From contig JABLXX010000004.1 in assembly GCA_013177825.1 (NCBI GenBank), forward strand, positions 22,349 to 86,348: a stretch of 64,000 nucleotides of DNA. The letters are read 5' to 3'. The DNA comes from Syntrophaceae bacterium. GTDB lineage: Bacteria > Desulfobacterota > Syntrophia > Syntrophales > PHBD01. The translations under genes were made by a program, and so were the position numbers. The notes below the pieces were generated by a model that saw only the letters and a list, made by a program, of their open reading frames with translations, had not been told where the DNA came from and made no database searches. Positions 1 to 10,170 of this stretch are shown in pieces; the stretch's first letter is position 1; the number at the start of each line of letters is the position of its first letter.

Positions 1-1
1 C

Positions 2-1207
2 GAGCAGCAGCTCAATTATCGCCGGGCCCTCCAGGGGGAGCTGTCGAGGACGATCGACAGCCTCGACGAGATCCAGCAGAGCCGCGTCCATATCGCCATT
101 CCCAAAGAATCCCTTTTCATCGACCAGCAGAAGAAGCCGACGGCCTCGGTGACCCTGAAGCTGAAGTCGGGGCGCTCGCTTCGGCAGAACCAGGTAGACG
201 GGGTGGCCTACCTGGTTGCCAGCAGCATCGAGGGCATGAGTCCCGACGACGTTCTCGTGGTCGACAGCAAGGGGAACATCCTGTCGCGGCCGCCGGGCGA
301 CACAAGGATGGCCAAGATGTCAACCTCCCAGGTCGAGTACCAGCGGAACATGGAGAAAGACCTGGCCGGCCAGGTCCAGAGCATGCTGGAAAACGTGGTG
401 GGCAAGGGAAAAGCCGTCGTCCGTGTATCGGCGGACCTCGATTTCCGCGTGACCGAGAAGACCGAAGAGACCTACGATCCGGAATCGGCCGTGGTTCGCA
501 GCACGCAGAAGCAGACGGAGCGGAACGCGACCGGCGGCGGAGCGGGAAGCGCTGCGGCCGCCCCGGCGGGGACCGCCCCGGCGGGCTCCGGATCGGAACG
601 GGAAAAGACGGATGAAACCGTCAACTATGAAATCAACCGTGTGGTGAACAAGACCCTCCTGCCGGCGGGAGAGATCCGCAAACTCTCCGTTGCCGTCGTG
701 GTGGACGGGGTCTATACGAAGAACGACAAGGGGGAGGAGACGTTCCAGGAACGTCCGAAAAAGGAAATAGAACAGCTGGAAGACCTGGTCCGCAAGTCTG
801 CCGGTCTCAACGCGACGCGCGGAGACCAGGTAGCCGTGACCAGTATGCCCTTCAACCGTGCCGAAGCGGAAGGAGGCACCTCCGCCCGCTGGCAGGACGG
901 CCTGACCCCTTTCCTGCCCTTCGTGCGCTACATCGTGATTCTCGCCGCGGTCGCCCTGGTGATCCTTTTCATCTTCCGTCCCTTCCTCAGGGGCCTTCTT
1001 GCCGCCGTGCCGGCGGGCAGTACGGAGCCTCAGTCCCTGTCGCTTCCGACTTCCCGGGAGATGCCCGCCGTGAGGAGGGAAGGCGCCCCGCCGCTGCCGG
1101 AGGGAAGGCCGGACTTTACGGCTCTTTCCCACGATGCAATGGTGCAGCAGCTTGCCGGGGCGGATGCAAAGAAGTTTGCGGAACTGCTGAGAAACTGGCT
1201 GAAGTAG
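2..1207 (+). CDS. fliF: Flagellar MS-ring protein FliF, C-terminal ~400 aa (5' end outside window)
   Basis: Frame open from the window edge to TAG 1205-1207. Motifs SRVHIAIPKESLF and ETVNYEINRVV plus the C-terminal TM helix YIVILAAVALVILFIF are typical of FliF. Lies directly upstream of fliG. Confidence 0.9.
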   Translation, partial: EQQLNYRRALQGELSRTIDSLDEIQQSRVHIAIPKESLFIDQQKKPTASVTLKLKSGRSLRQNQVDGVAYLVASSIEGMSPDDVLVVDSKGNILSRPPGDTRMAKMSTSQVEYQRNMEKDLAGQVQSMLENVVGKGKAVVRVSADLDFRVTEKTEETYDPESAVVRSTQKQTERNATGGGAGSAAAAPAGTAPAGSGSEREKTDETVNYEINRVVNKTLLPAGEIRKLSVAVVVDGVYTKNDKGEETFQERPKKEIEQLEDLVRKSAGLNATRGDQVAVTSMPFNRAEAEGGTSARWQDGLTPFLPFVRYIVILAAVALVILFIFRPFLRGLLAAVPAGSTEPQSLSLPTSREMPAVRREGAPPLPEGRPDFTALSHDAMVQQLAGADAKKFAELLRNWLK

Positions 1208-1247
1208 CGATGGAAGCCGGGCATTCGGAGAAGGAAGGAAAAGGGCC

Positions 1248-2243
1248 ATGACAGGCGAGGAAAAAGCGGCAATCATGCTCTTGTCCCTGGATGAGGATCT
1301 GGCGGCGGAGGTCATTCGCAATCTGCGGCCGTCGGAGATCCGGAGGGTGGGCAAGTATATGAACCGCATCAGCAGCATCCCGACCGACGTCATTCAGGGC
1401 GTTGCCAAGGAATTCGTCGTCATGGCCCAGGAGGGAGGCGGAACCGTCGTCGTCCAGGAAGGAGTGACGAAGAACATCGTGACCAAGGCGCTGGGCGAGA
1501 AGGACGCCCAGGACATTCTCTCCGACGTCGGAGCCGCCCGGAGCTCGGACAATCCCATCATCGACAAGCTCCGGGACATCGATCCCAAGCTGCTCATGGA
1601 TTTCACCCGGTATGAACACCCCCAGACGATAGCGCTCATCCTGGCCAACATCAAATCGGATCAGGCGGCCCTGATCCTGGAGAGCTTCACGCCGGAGATG
1701 CAGACCGAAGTTGTCCGGCGGGTTGCGACCATCAAAAGCGTTCCCCAGGAATTCATCGAAGAGGTGGCGCGGACGCTGGAGCAGGAAATCGTGACCGGGT
1801 CGATGAACGACCAGGTGGTCGGCGGCGTCCGGACTGCGTCGGAAATCCTCACACGGATGAACCGCTCCACGGAGAGTGCCATCCTGACTTCGATCGAGGG
1901 ACAGGATCCGGAGCTGGCGGGCGAGATCCGCGGCCTGATGTTCACCTTCGAGGATGTGCTGAAGCTGGACGACCGGAGTCTGCAGGAACTGCTTCGGGAG
2001 GTCAGCTCGGAGGAACTCGCGAAGGCCATGAAGATGGTGGACGAGAGCCTCCGCCAGAAAGTCTACAAGAACATGTCGAAACGCGGCGCGGAGATGCTCC
2101 AGGAAGAAATCGAGATGATGCCTCCCGTACGGGTGTCCGAGGTGGAGAGCAGCCAGCGGAACATCCTGGACATTACCAAGCGCCTGGAAACGGAAGGGCG
2201 GATTGTGATCCTCCGGGGAGAGGATGCGGATGAGTTCGTCTAA
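1248..2243 (+). CDS. fliG: Flagellar motor switch protein FliG
   Basis: 331 aa. N-terminus EEKAAIMLLSLDEDLAAEV and C-terminal MSKRGAEMLQEEIEMMPPVRVSEVESSQRNIL match the FliG architecture. Position between fliF and fliH. Confidence 0.95.
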   Translation: MTGEEKAAIMLLSLDEDLAAEVIRNLRPSEIRRVGKYMNRISSIPTDVIQGVAKEFVVMAQEGGGTVVVQEGVTKNIVTKALGEKDAQDILSDVGAARSSDNPIIDKLRDIDPKLLMDFTRYEHPQTIALILANIKSDQAALILESFTPEMQTEVVRRVATIKSVPQEFIEEVARTLEQEIVTGSMNDQVVGGVRTASEILTRMNRSTESAILTSIEGQDPELAGEIRGLMFTFEDVLKLDDRSLQELLREVSSEELAKAMKMVDESLRQKVYKNMSKRGAEMLQEEIEMMPPVRVSEVESSQRNILDITKRLETEGRIVILRGEDADEFV

Positions 2244-2961
2244 GTCGAAGATCCTTCGCGCCTCGGACATCCGGATGGTGGAAAGGCCGGCCGGCTTCTC
2301 GTCCCCGGGGGGTTACCCGGGGACTGAAACAGCAGGGGGGCAGGGACCGGACGGTTCCGGCGGAGAGCGTCTCCGGCTGGAGTTCGAAGAGAAGCTCCAG
2401 CGATCCGCCGCGGAAAGCTACGAAAAGGGAATCCGGGAAGGCGTGAAGCGGGGCCGGGAGGCGCAGCAGGCCGACACGCGCCGGCAGCTCGATACGCTGG
2501 CCGGGCTTCTCGCGGAAGTGGCATCGCTGAAGCGGAAAATCCTGGAGGACTCCGAGCCGGATATCCTGGAAATGATCTTCGCCGTAGCGGAGAAGGTCCT
2601 GCACCGGGAAGTGGCCCAGCAGCCCGACGCGGTTGTGCCCGTCCTCAAGGCGGCGATGAAGAACGTCATGGACCGGGACGGAGTCAAGATCCGGATGCAT
2701 CCGCAGGATTACCAGCATCTGCTCGAGATCCGGGAGGACTTCCTGCGCCAGACCGACGGCCTTCGGAATGTCGTTTTTGAACAGGACGAGAGCCTCCATC
2801 GGGGAGGCGTCTTCATCGAGACGCGCTTCGGCGACGTGGACGCCCGTCTGGACCGTCAGCTCGGGGAACTGAAATCGCAGCTGAAGCGGGGAAAGCCGTC
2901 GGGTCCCATGGAGAATCGGCTGCCGGAAGAAGGCGGCGGGGAAAACATCCATGCGACTTGA
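2224..2961 (+). CDS. fliH: Flagellar export ATPase regulator FliH
   Basis: 245 aa, overlaps the fliG stop and the fliI start. Charged coiled-coil centre and a C-terminal GGVFIETRFGDVDARLDRQL block typical of FliH/YscL. Call is partly synteny-based. Confidence 0.75.
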   Translation: MRMSSSKSKILRASDIRMVERPAGFSSPGGYPGTETAGGQGPDGSGGERLRLEFEEKLQRSAAESYEKGIREGVKRGREAQQADTRRQLDTLAGLLAEVASLKRKILEDSEPDILEMIFAVAEKVLHREVAQQPDAVVPVLKAAMKNVMDRDGVKIRMHPQDYQHLLEIREDFLRQTDGLRNVVFEQDESLHRGGVFIETRFGDVDARLDRQLGELKSQLKRGKPSGPMENRLPEEGGGENIHAT

Positions 2962-4264
2962 CCTGTCCCATCTTCGGCAGCGGCTGGAAGGCATCCAGCC
3001 CGTCAAGGTTTACGGCAAGATCAGCGAGATCGTCGGCCTGGTCGTGGAGGGACACGGTCCCGCCGTCTCCATCGGCGAGGTCTGCACCATCCAATCCGGC
3101 CCGGAAGAGGCCGTTCATGCCGAAGTCGTCGGATTCCGGCAGGGCAAGGTCCTCCTGATGCCGCTGGAGGGAATGCAGGGACTCAGCCCCGGATGCCAGA
3201 TCCAGTCCCTGGGACGCAAGGCCTCTGTGCGGGTCGGGAACGGCCTGCTGGGGCGCGTGATCGACGGCCTCGGAAACCCCATGGACACAGGGGGGCCCAT
3301 TTCGGGCACGGCCTCCTATCCGCTGTATGCGGACCCCATCAATCCTCTTCTGCGGGGCCGGATCCGGGAGCCCATGGACCTGGGCGTCCGGGTCATCAAC
3401 GGTCTTTTTACCTGCGGGAAGGGCCAGCGGCTCGGGATCTTCGCCGGATCGGGGGTCGGAAAGAGCGTGCTTCTGGGGATGATCGCCCGGAGTACCGAGG
3501 CGGATGTCAACGTGATCGGGCTGATCGGTGAGCGGGGACGGGAAGTGCGCGAATTTCTGGAGAAAAACCTTGGAAAGGAAGGGCTGGAGCGGTCCGTGGT
3601 GGTCGTGGCGACCTCCGACCGTCATCCCCTGATCCGCATGCGGGCGGCATCCCTGGCCACTTCCATCGCCGAGTATTTCCGGGACCAGGGGAAGAACGTC
3701 CTGCTCATGATCGATTCCCTCACCCGGTATGCCATGGCCCAGCGGGAAATCGGACTGTCGGTAGGCGAGCCGCCCGCCACGAAGGGATATACCCCGTCCG
3801 TGTTCAGCCTGCTGCCCAAGCTCCTGGAGCGGTGCGGCCCCGTGGAAGGGAAGGGATGCATTACCGGCCTGTACACCATCCTCGTGGAGGGGGACGATTT
3901 CAACGAACCCGTCTCCGACGCGGCCCGCTCCATCCTGGACGGACACATTACGCTTACCAGGACCCTGGCCAGCCGAAACCATTATCCCGCGGTGGACGTT
4001 CTGCAGAGCATCAGCCGCGTGATGATCGACGTGACGGATGATCAGCACCGCAAGTGTGCGGGGGAACTGCAGAACATCGTCGCGACCTACCGGAAGGCAG
4101 AGGACCTGATCAACATCGGGGCCTACGTGAAGGGCAGCAATCCCGAGATTGACCGTTCCATCGCCATGGTCGACCGTGTCGATGCCTACCTGCGTCAGGG
4201 GATGGAGGAAAAGATCGATTTTGCCCGGGCGCGGCACGAACTGATGACCCTGTTTGCAAACTGA
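2951..4264 (+). CDS. fliI: Flagellum-specific ATPase FliI
   Basis: 437 aa with Walker A GSGVGKS, Walker B-like LLMIDSLTRYA and F1-beta-like motifs. Confidence 0.95.
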   Translation: MRLDLSHLRQRLEGIQPVKVYGKISEIVGLVVEGHGPAVSIGEVCTIQSGPEEAVHAEVVGFRQGKVLLMPLEGMQGLSPGCQIQSLGRKASVRVGNGLLGRVIDGLGNPMDTGGPISGTASYPLYADPINPLLRGRIREPMDLGVRVINGLFTCGKGQRLGIFAGSGVGKSVLLGMIARSTEADVNVIGLIGERGREVREFLEKNLGKEGLERSVVVVATSDRHPLIRMRAASLATSIAEYFRDQGKNVLLMIDSLTRYAMAQREIGLSVGEPPATKGYTPSVFSLLPKLLERCGPVEGKGCITGLYTILVEGDDFNEPVSDAARSILDGHITLTRTLASRNHYPAVDVLQSISRVMIDVTDDQHRKCAGELQNIVATYRKAEDLINIGAYVKGSNPEIDRSIAMVDRVDAYLRQGMEEKIDFARARHELMTLFAN

Positions 4265-4268
4265 AACC

Positions 4269-4709
4269 ATGACGCCGTTTCCTCTTCAGACCGTCCTCGA
4301 TGTCCGCAAACGCCAGGAAGAGCGCTCGTTGATGGAATTCGTGGAAGAGGCGCGGTGCCTGAAAGAAGAAAAGGAGCGTCTGGGCGGCATGCAGAGGCAG
4401 GTGAACGACGCCCTGGGCCTGCTCCGGAACCTCCAGCAGAAAACGATCGAGGTGATGGAAATGGAGATGCACCTCGTTCATGTCCGGAATTGCCGCCGGC
4501 TGGTCCAGGAGCAGCGGGCCGTGGTCGACCGGCGGGAAGGAGAGGTTCGGGCCAGGCGGGAACGGCTCGTGCAGGCGATGAAGGAACGGAAAGTCATGGA
4601 AACCCTCCGGGACCGTCACCACGCCGAACAGAAAAAGGAAGAAGACACGCGGGAGCAGGCCGCCATGGATGAACGGGCCACGATGGGCGCCCGGAGGAAG
4701 AGAACATGA
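4269..4709 (+). CDS. fliJ: Flagellar export chaperone-like protein FliJ
   Basis: About 146 aa, all coiled-coil (LQTVLDVRKRQEE...). The ATG at 4269 lies just after the fliI stop; the ORF track starts at an upstream TTG at 4254. Position is typical. Confidence 0.75.
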   Translation: MTPFPLQTVLDVRKRQEERSLMEFVEEARCLKEEKERLGGMQRQVNDALGLLRNLQQKTIEVMEMEMHLVHVRNCRRLVQEQRAVVDRREGEVRARRERLVQAMKERKVMETLRDRHHAEQKKEEDTREQAAMDERATMGARRKRT

Positions 4710-5311
4710 AAAAGGCATTTTGGATTCTTCAGATCCTCGTGATCTTCGTCCTGGTCGTCAAACTCGCGGCCATGGGGGGCGCATTGACCAGTGCCCGTGC
4801 AACAGGGTCGGAACGGTCGATCCTGTCCGAAGCCAGCGCCCAGGCAGGGCACGGGAGTACCATGACCCTGGCCGGCGTGAAGGACGTGCTGGATGACGAG
4901 CTGCAGCGGGAACGGGATCTCGTGACGGCCCTGGACAAGCGGAAGGGCGAGCTGGACCGGCGGGAAGCGCTGGTGCGCGCCGAAGAGGACAAGCTGCTGG
5001 CCCTGAAGAAGGAGATCCTGGAAAAGATGAACGCCCTGAGCGCCCTGGAGAAGCGCCTCGATGCGCGCCTGGAGGCGGAGAAGAACCAGGACGTGAAGCG
5101 GATCAAGGACCTGGCCAAGGTGTACGATGCGACGGCCCCGGACAAGGCGGGGGCCATGCTGGAGAAGCTGGATACAAAGACCGCGGCGGCGATCACGATG
5201 TACATGAAGCGGGAAAAGGCCGGCGCCGTGCTGAAGCATCTCAACGTCGAGAAAGCCGTCCAGATCACGAAAGAGATCACCAACGCGGCTCCCCCCCCGC
5301 AGAAGGATTGA
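4706..5311 (+). CDS. MotE/YlxF-like flagellar protein with an MgtE-N-type domain
   Basis: 201 aa. N-terminal TM/signal helix FWILQILVIFVLVVKLA, then coiled coil. C-terminal KDLAKVYDATAPDKAGAMLEKLDTKTAAAI resembles the MgtE_N fold of YlxF/MotE. Sits in the fliJ-fliK slot. Confidence 0.6.
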   Translation: MKKAFWILQILVIFVLVVKLAAMGGALTSARATGSERSILSEASAQAGHGSTMTLAGVKDVLDDELQRERDLVTALDKRKGELDRREALVRAEEDKLLALKKEILEKMNALSALEKRLDARLEAEKNQDVKRIKDLAKVYDATAPDKAGAMLEKLDTKTAAAITMYMKREKAGAVLKHLNVEKAVQITKEITNAAPPPQKD

Positions 5312-5339
5312 TCCCCTTTCCCCACCCCTTTTCTTTTCT

Positions 5340-5368
5340 CCCCCGTCCGCCGGACGGGGGATTTTTTT
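5340..5368 (+). terminator. Rho-independent terminator after the fliF-motE-like operon
   Basis: Perfect 9-bp GC stem CCCCCGTCC/GGACGGGGG with a 3-nt loop, followed by A and T7. Confidence 0.8.
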
Positions 5369-5468
5369 GCCTTTTCCCCGGTCGGAAAGTTTTTCCCTTC
5401 CGGGTGCCCCGTCCGGAATTGGAAATTTCAAGCCATTGTAATTATTGATATTATTCTTGTGCCGGGCC

Positions 5469-5484
5469 TGGCACGGCCGTTGCA
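5469..5484 (+). promoter_or_regulatory. Sigma54 (RpoN) -24/-12 promoter upstream of fliK
   Basis: TGGCACggccgTTGCA is an exact match to the TGGCAC-N5-TTGCW consensus. It lies 32 nt upstream of the ATG at 5516. Confidence 0.8.
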
Positions 5485-5515
5485 AATGGGTCTTGGCAAA
5501 GGAAGAAATGGAACG

Positions 5516-7468
5516 ATGAATCCATCAGCAATGCAAATCATGCCGGCCCCGATCAACGAAGCTCCCCTCTTCAGAGAGGGCTCCGCGCCGGCGGGCCGCC
5601 CCGGGAAATCGGGTGAAGGCTTCTTTGCCGGCTCTATAGATCAAACTGCACGCCCGGCCGGCTCGGAGAAACCGGCTTTTTCACAGATCCTGGCCGAACA
5701 GAAGGCGGAACCGACTGCGGAGAACGCCGAACAAGTGACGGCCGCCGTGATCGGCCCGGGATTTTCCGAACCTTTTGAGCCTGAAACGATTGCCGATAAC
5801 GAGACGGCCTCCGGTGAGGACGGAGCCGATACCGGCCTGCCCGCCGGTCTTCTGCTCGCTTCGGTCCGGTCCGCCCTTCCTGCCGGGACAACGTCCGGGG
5901 CAACACTGCCGGTTTCGGCCGATTCGAGTGCCCAGCCGGTGAAGAACGATTCGCTTCCTGTCGCTGATGCACGGGTGTCCCAGGAAACGGGCGACACCGG
6001 GAAAATTTTTCCCGGTCGATCCGCTGTCGACAGTATGCCTGTCCCTGCTGACGTACCGGCGGGGAGCGGCGTGACGGCAGACCCGGTCGCAAAGGGTACG
6101 AGTGCGTCGGCGGAACAGATCGCAAAGGTTACAAACAAGGCGGCAGACCCGGTTGCGACGTCAGACCAGCGTCTTCCCGGCTTTTCTCCCGTGATCGAAG
6201 GAACGGGTGCGACAGTGGAAGGCCCGGATAAGACCGCGGCACTCCGGAGAGAGACGGATTCCGCCGCGGACGCTGTCGCTTCCGGGCCCGACCGTCGTGA
6301 CGCCGGCCGGCAGGCCGCCGGGAGTGCCCCGGCAGCCGCCCCTGAAACAGGCAAGAATCCGTCCGCTCCGAATTCCCCTCCGGACCGGGTGACAAATCCG
6401 GCGGAGAGCAGGGGACCGGCGGAAGTTCTCGTTTCGGCAGCCGGAGAAAAGAATACGGTCGTCGCGGACGGGGAACGTCCGGCCGCTTCCGGACAAGAGA
6501 CCCCGCCTGCCCGGACCTCTTTGAAAAACGGAGAACAATCCGCTGCTTCCCCCACCCGGACGGAAGCGAGGGCGGCTGAAAGCATGAACGCCGCCGTCAC
6601 GCCGGACAGGCAGACCTTTTCCGCCTCCGTCGCCGGATCGGAAACACAGCGGCAGACAAGGTCGGCCACGCCGGAAGCCGTTCAGCCGGCCGCGACTGCT
6701 GGAGTTGAGAAAGCCGCTCTCCGAACGAAGAAAATCTCCTCCTCCGCACCCTTTGAGGTGCGCCGGGCGGAATCCGACTCTGCGCAGGCAGCGGCGAAAG
6801 GACAGGACAACAAGCCCGCCGCGGCATCTCAAACGAAACAGGCTGCCACGGATGCCCCGGCGTTCCGCGAGGCCGTTGAGCAGACCTCGCAGCCGGGCAT
6901 CGAGAAGGCCGGACCCGGCAGCGCCGGAGAAGTCCAGGGAATGGCGACGGCCGCCAAAACGGACAGCCCGTCCGTTCAGACATCTTCCGCGTCCCTTCGC
7001 GATTCGTCCTCTGTTCTGAAACAGGCTTCGGATTCCTGGACGACGGCGGCCGAAAAGCATGGAACGGACGGTGGACGGGTCCGCATCGTTCTCTCCCCGG
7101 ATCATCTCGGGGGCCTGGATATGAATGTGAGGGTCCGGAAGGAAGCGGTGGAGATCATGATGTCGGTCCAGCGGGAGGACTCGCTGAAGACCATGCAGGG
7201 GCACGCGGCGGAACTGAGGACGGCGCTCTCCGACCAGGGACTCCGGGTGGAATCGCTTTCCATGCAGACATCGGGACGGGATTTTCAGTCGAACAGCGGA
7301 CCTTCGGGTGGATACGGCGGTCCCTACGACGGCAGGAACATGAGTGAGTCGGGCGGCCAGGGAGCGGGGTCGGGTCGCCGGGACGGGGAGCAGGGCGCTT
7401 CGACGCCGCTGCCCGCCAAGATGGCTTCGCAACGGATAGCGAGAGACGGCATCAGCGTATTTGCCTGA
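5516..7468 (+). CDS. fliK: Flagellar hook-length control protein FliK
   Basis: Long Pro/Ala/Ser/Thr-rich low-complexity body. C-terminal Flg_hook-type block RVRIVLSPDHLGGLDMNVRVRKEAVEIMMSVQ...LRTALSDQGLRV. Start moved to 5516 so that it lies downstream of the sigma54 promoter. Confidence 0.85.
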   Translation: MNPSAMQIMPAPINEAPLFREGSAPAGRPGKSGEGFFAGSIDQTARPAGSEKPAFSQILAEQKAEPTAENAEQVTAAVIGPGFSEPFEPETIADNETASGEDGADTGLPAGLLLASVRSALPAGTTSGATLPVSADSSAQPVKNDSLPVADARVSQETGDTGKIFPGRSAVDSMPVPADVPAGSGVTADPVAKGTSASAEQIAKVTNKAADPVATSDQRLPGFSPVIEGTGATVEGPDKTAALRRETDSAADAVASGPDRRDAGRQAAGSAPAAAPETGKNPSAPNSPPDRVTNPAESRGPAEVLVSAAGEKNTVVADGERPAASGQETPPARTSLKNGEQSAASPTRTEARAAESMNAAVTPDRQTFSASVAGSETQRQTRSATPEAVQPAATAGVEKAALRTKKISSSAPFEVRRAESDSAQAAAKGQDNKPAAASQTKQAATDAPAFREAVEQTSQPGIEKAGPGSAGEVQGMATAAKTDSPSVQTSSASLRDSSSVLKQASDSWTTAAEKHGTDGGRVRIVLSPDHLGGLDMNVRVRKEAVEIMMSVQREDSLKTMQGHAAELRTALSDQGLRVESLSMQTSGRDFQSNSGPSGGYGGPYDGRNMSESGGQGAGSGRRDGEQGASTPLPAKMASQRIARDGISVFA

Positions 7469-7501
7469 ACAGATACCGACACCAAGCAAGAGGGAGACAC
7501 C

Positions 7502-7903
7502 ATGAGCGTATCGAGCATCACCGGATCGGGCACCACCACAACGACCACGTCGGCGACGTCGACGACAGCCCTGGGGAAGGAAGCATTTCTCGAAATGCTG
7601 GTGGCCCAGCTGAAGTACCAGGACCCCATGAATCCGGCGGACGGGACGGAGTTCGCGTCGCAGCTCGCCCAGTTCTCGAGCCTGGAACAGCTGACCAATC
7701 TGAATGACAGCATCGAGAGTCTCGCCGTGGATACAAACAGCCTGCAGGCGGTCAATCTTATCGGAAAGGTGATCACGGCGGGGGAAGATGACAGCCAGGT
7801 GACAGGAACGGTGACCGCAGTGAGCTTCAGTGGCGGTTCTGTTTCCGTGACGCTGGATAACGGAGAGGAAGTGGCCTTCAGCGACGTGACCTCCGTCTCG
7901 TAG
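7502..7903 (+). CDS. flgD: Flagellar hook capping/assembly protein FlgD
   Basis: 133 aa. LGKEAFLEMLVAQLKYQDPMNPADGTEFASQLAQFSSLEQL is the canonical FlgD N-domain. Confidence 0.9.
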   Translation: MSVSSITGSGTTTTTTSATSTTALGKEAFLEMLVAQLKYQDPMNPADGTEFASQLAQFSSLEQLTNLNDSIESLAVDTNSLQAVNLIGKVITAGEDDSQVTGTVTAVSFSGGSVSVTLDNGEEVAFSDVTSVS

Positions 7904-7951
7904 AAGAAGGGCAACCATCAAACATATCGATTATTTTCAGGAGGTTTTATC

Positions 7952-9166
7952 ATGTCGAGTTCATTATGGATCGGGGCCACCGGGATGACGGCCGTCGACA
8001 AACAGTTGGACGTCATCGGCAACAACCTGGCCAATTCAAGCACTGTCGGATACAAGGCAAGCAACGCCCAGTTCTCGAGCATGCTGAGTCAGACTCTCTC
8101 GGGCGGCTCCGGCAACATGCAGGTCGGCCAGGGCGTGAGCGTGTCTTCCATTGCCACCGATTTCACCCAGGGGTCCTTCCAGACCACCTCCAGCGTCACG
8201 GATCTGGCGATCGACGGCGAGGGTCTCTTCATAGCCAAGGACGGGGCCGGCCTGACATATTACACCCGCAACGGCGCGTTCGCGATCGACGAGGACGGGT
8301 ACATGGTGGATGCGAGCGGCTACCGGATCCAGGGAAACATGTTTTCCGGCGGGTCGGAAATCTACAACCTGGGGGACATCAACCTCGCAGATATTCAGTC
8401 GCAGCCGGTGACGACCACATCCATCGAGATCGGTGCCAACCTCAACGCCCAGGCGGCGACCGGCGATGTCTTCAGTGCCAGCCAGACGGTCTACGGCAAC
8501 GACGGGGCGGAGTACACCATGACGACCACCTTTACGAAGACGGCCAACGCCCGGGAATGGAGCATCTCCGGCAGCCTGGAGGATGCGAACGGGAATATCA
8601 CCAATGCGGCCGCCATCGCAACCCTGGTCACCTTTGACGCCACCGGCGCCATGCTCACCCCCGCGGCTAACGTAGGTTTTACCTTTGCCGGCGCGAATAT
8701 CGGCACGGCCGGGCTCATTAACTGGGACGTGACGACCACCGGTGCGGCAACGCTTACCGGGTTCGCCAGCGACTCGACCATCACGACCGTAGACTGCAAC
8801 GGGTACGCGGCCGGTTCGCTCCAGAGCATCTCCATCGGGACGGACGGCGTGATCACTGGCTCCTTCAGCAACGGGCAGACCGAGAAGCTGGCCCGGTTCA
8901 TGCTGGCGGACTTCGCGAATTACGGCGGCCTGAGCAAGGTCGGCACCTACTTCATGGAGACCGACAAGTCCGGGGCACCGCTGATCAACAACCCCGGCGC
9001 CGGGAGCCTCGGAGGCATCATGTCCAATTCCCTGGAAGTCTCCAACACGGACGTAGCCGCCGAATTCATCAACATGATCACGGCCCAGCGGGCCTACCAG
9101 TCCTGTGCCAAGGTCGTTTCCACCGCCAACGACCTGCAGCAGCTCCTCATGAACATCAAGCAGTAG
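7952..9166 (+). CDS. flgE: Flagellar hook protein FlgE
   Basis: 404 aa. N-terminal SLWIGATGMTAVDKQLDVIGNNLANSSTVGYK and C-terminal LEVSNTDVAAEFINMITAQRAYQSCAKVVSTANDLQQLL. GGAGG ribosome-binding site upstream. Confidence 0.95.
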   Translation: MSSSLWIGATGMTAVDKQLDVIGNNLANSSTVGYKASNAQFSSMLSQTLSGGSGNMQVGQGVSVSSIATDFTQGSFQTTSSVTDLAIDGEGLFIAKDGAGLTYYTRNGAFAIDEDGYMVDASGYRIQGNMFSGGSEIYNLGDINLADIQSQPVTTTSIEIGANLNAQAATGDVFSASQTVYGNDGAEYTMTTTFTKTANAREWSISGSLEDANGNITNAAAIATLVTFDATGAMLTPAANVGFTFAGANIGTAGLINWDVTTTGAATLTGFASDSTITTVDCNGYAAGSLQSISIGTDGVITGSFSNGQTEKLARFMLADFANYGGLSKVGTYFMETDKSGAPLINNPGAGSLGGIMSNSLEVSNTDVAAEFINMITAQRAYQSCAKVVSTANDLQQLLMNIKQ

Positions 9167-9327
9167 TCCTTTCCCGCCCGGGGCCGGGCTTTCGCCGGCC
9201 CCGGAGAATGCGGGTGTCAACGAATTGACGAATCGCCGGCCGCCCCGGCCGCCCGTGTTTCCCCTCCCTTACCCTTCCCGTTGAATCCATTGCCTCCTCA
9301 AGGGGTTTCTCCATCCTCTTGCGTTGT

Positions 9328-9343
9328 TGGTACATGGCTTGCT
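9328..9343 (+). promoter_or_regulatory. Sigma54 -24/-12 promoter upstream of motA
   Basis: TGGTACatggcTTGCT sits in the 236-nt flgE-motA gap. GG and GC are correctly spaced. Confidence 0.7.
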
Positions 9344-9402
9344 TAAAGACCTGCATGTGATGCCGGGTGCGGTGTCAATCGTGGATTTCAGGTAGGCGGC
9401 CC

Positions 9403-10170
9403 GTGGATTTTGCAACCATCATCGGCATCATCGGCGCATTCGGTCTGGTCATCCTGGCGATGGCCGCCGGCGGCGGAGTGACGTGGTTTCTTGACGGTCC
9501 CTCCGCCATGATCGTTCTCGGAGGCACCTTCGGCGCCGCGCTGATCCACTACCGGATGTCGGACATGCTCGGGGTCTTCCGGGTGATGAAGAACGCCTTC
9601 CTGAGGAGGAAAGCAAGTCCCCCGGAGATGATCCGCCTGATCGTGGAGATGTCGCGCACGGCGCGGCGGGACGGCCTCCTGTCCCTGGACGGCCTGGCGG
9701 CCCGCCAGCGGGATCCTTTCCTGGCGAAGGCGGTCCGCCTGATGGTGGACGGCCTCGATCCGGAGAAGGTCTCCCTCATTCTGGAGACGGAAATGGACTG
9801 GCTTTCGGAACGGCACCGCAAGGGCGCGGAGATCATGACCAGCATGGGGCATTTCGCGCCGGCCATGGGAATGATGGGAACGCTGATCGGGCTGGTCCAG
9901 ATGCTCATGAAGATGAACGATCCCGCCGCCATCGGCCCGTCCATGGCGATTGCGCTGGTGACGACCTTTTACGGCCTGATCCTTGCCAACCTGGTTTTCC
10001 TGCCCATCGCGGGCAAGCTCCGGACGAGGAGCGGCGAGGAGATGCTCATGAAACAGTTGATTATTCAAGGGGTTCGCGCGATCCAGTCGGGGGACAACCC
10101 GCGGATCGTCGAACAGAAGCTACACGCCTTCATCGCCCCCCGAGAGCGGAGATCCCGTTACGATGAATAG
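9403..10170 (+). CDS. motA: Flagellar stator protein MotA
   Basis: VDFATIIGIIGAFGLVILAM start (GTG 9403) is typical of MotA. C-terminal PAMGMMGTLIGLVQML...ALVTTFYGLILANLVFLPIAGKL is the MotA/ExbB channel motif. The ORF track start at 9367 lies only about 12 nt after the predicted transcription start. Confidence 0.9.
   Translation: MDFATIIGIIGAFGLVILAMAAGGGVTWFLDGPSAMIVLGGTFGAALIHYRMSDMLGVFRVMKNAFLRRKASPPEMIRLIVEMSRTARRDGLLSLDGLAARQRDPFLAKAVRLMVDGLDPEKVSLILETEMDWLSERHRKGAEIMTSMGHFAPAMGMMGTLIGLVQMLMKMNDPAAIGPSMAIALVTTFYGLILANLVFLPIAGKLRTRSGEEMLMKQLIIQGVRAIQSGDNPRIVEQKLHAFIAPRERRSRYDE

Noticed and set aside
9176-9203. GC hairpin CCGGGGCCGG...CCGGCCCCGG just after flgE, considered as a terminator.
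   Set aside because: There is no downstream T-run, and a sigma54 promoter follows. It may attenuate transcription, but it cannot be called an intrinsic terminator from sequence.
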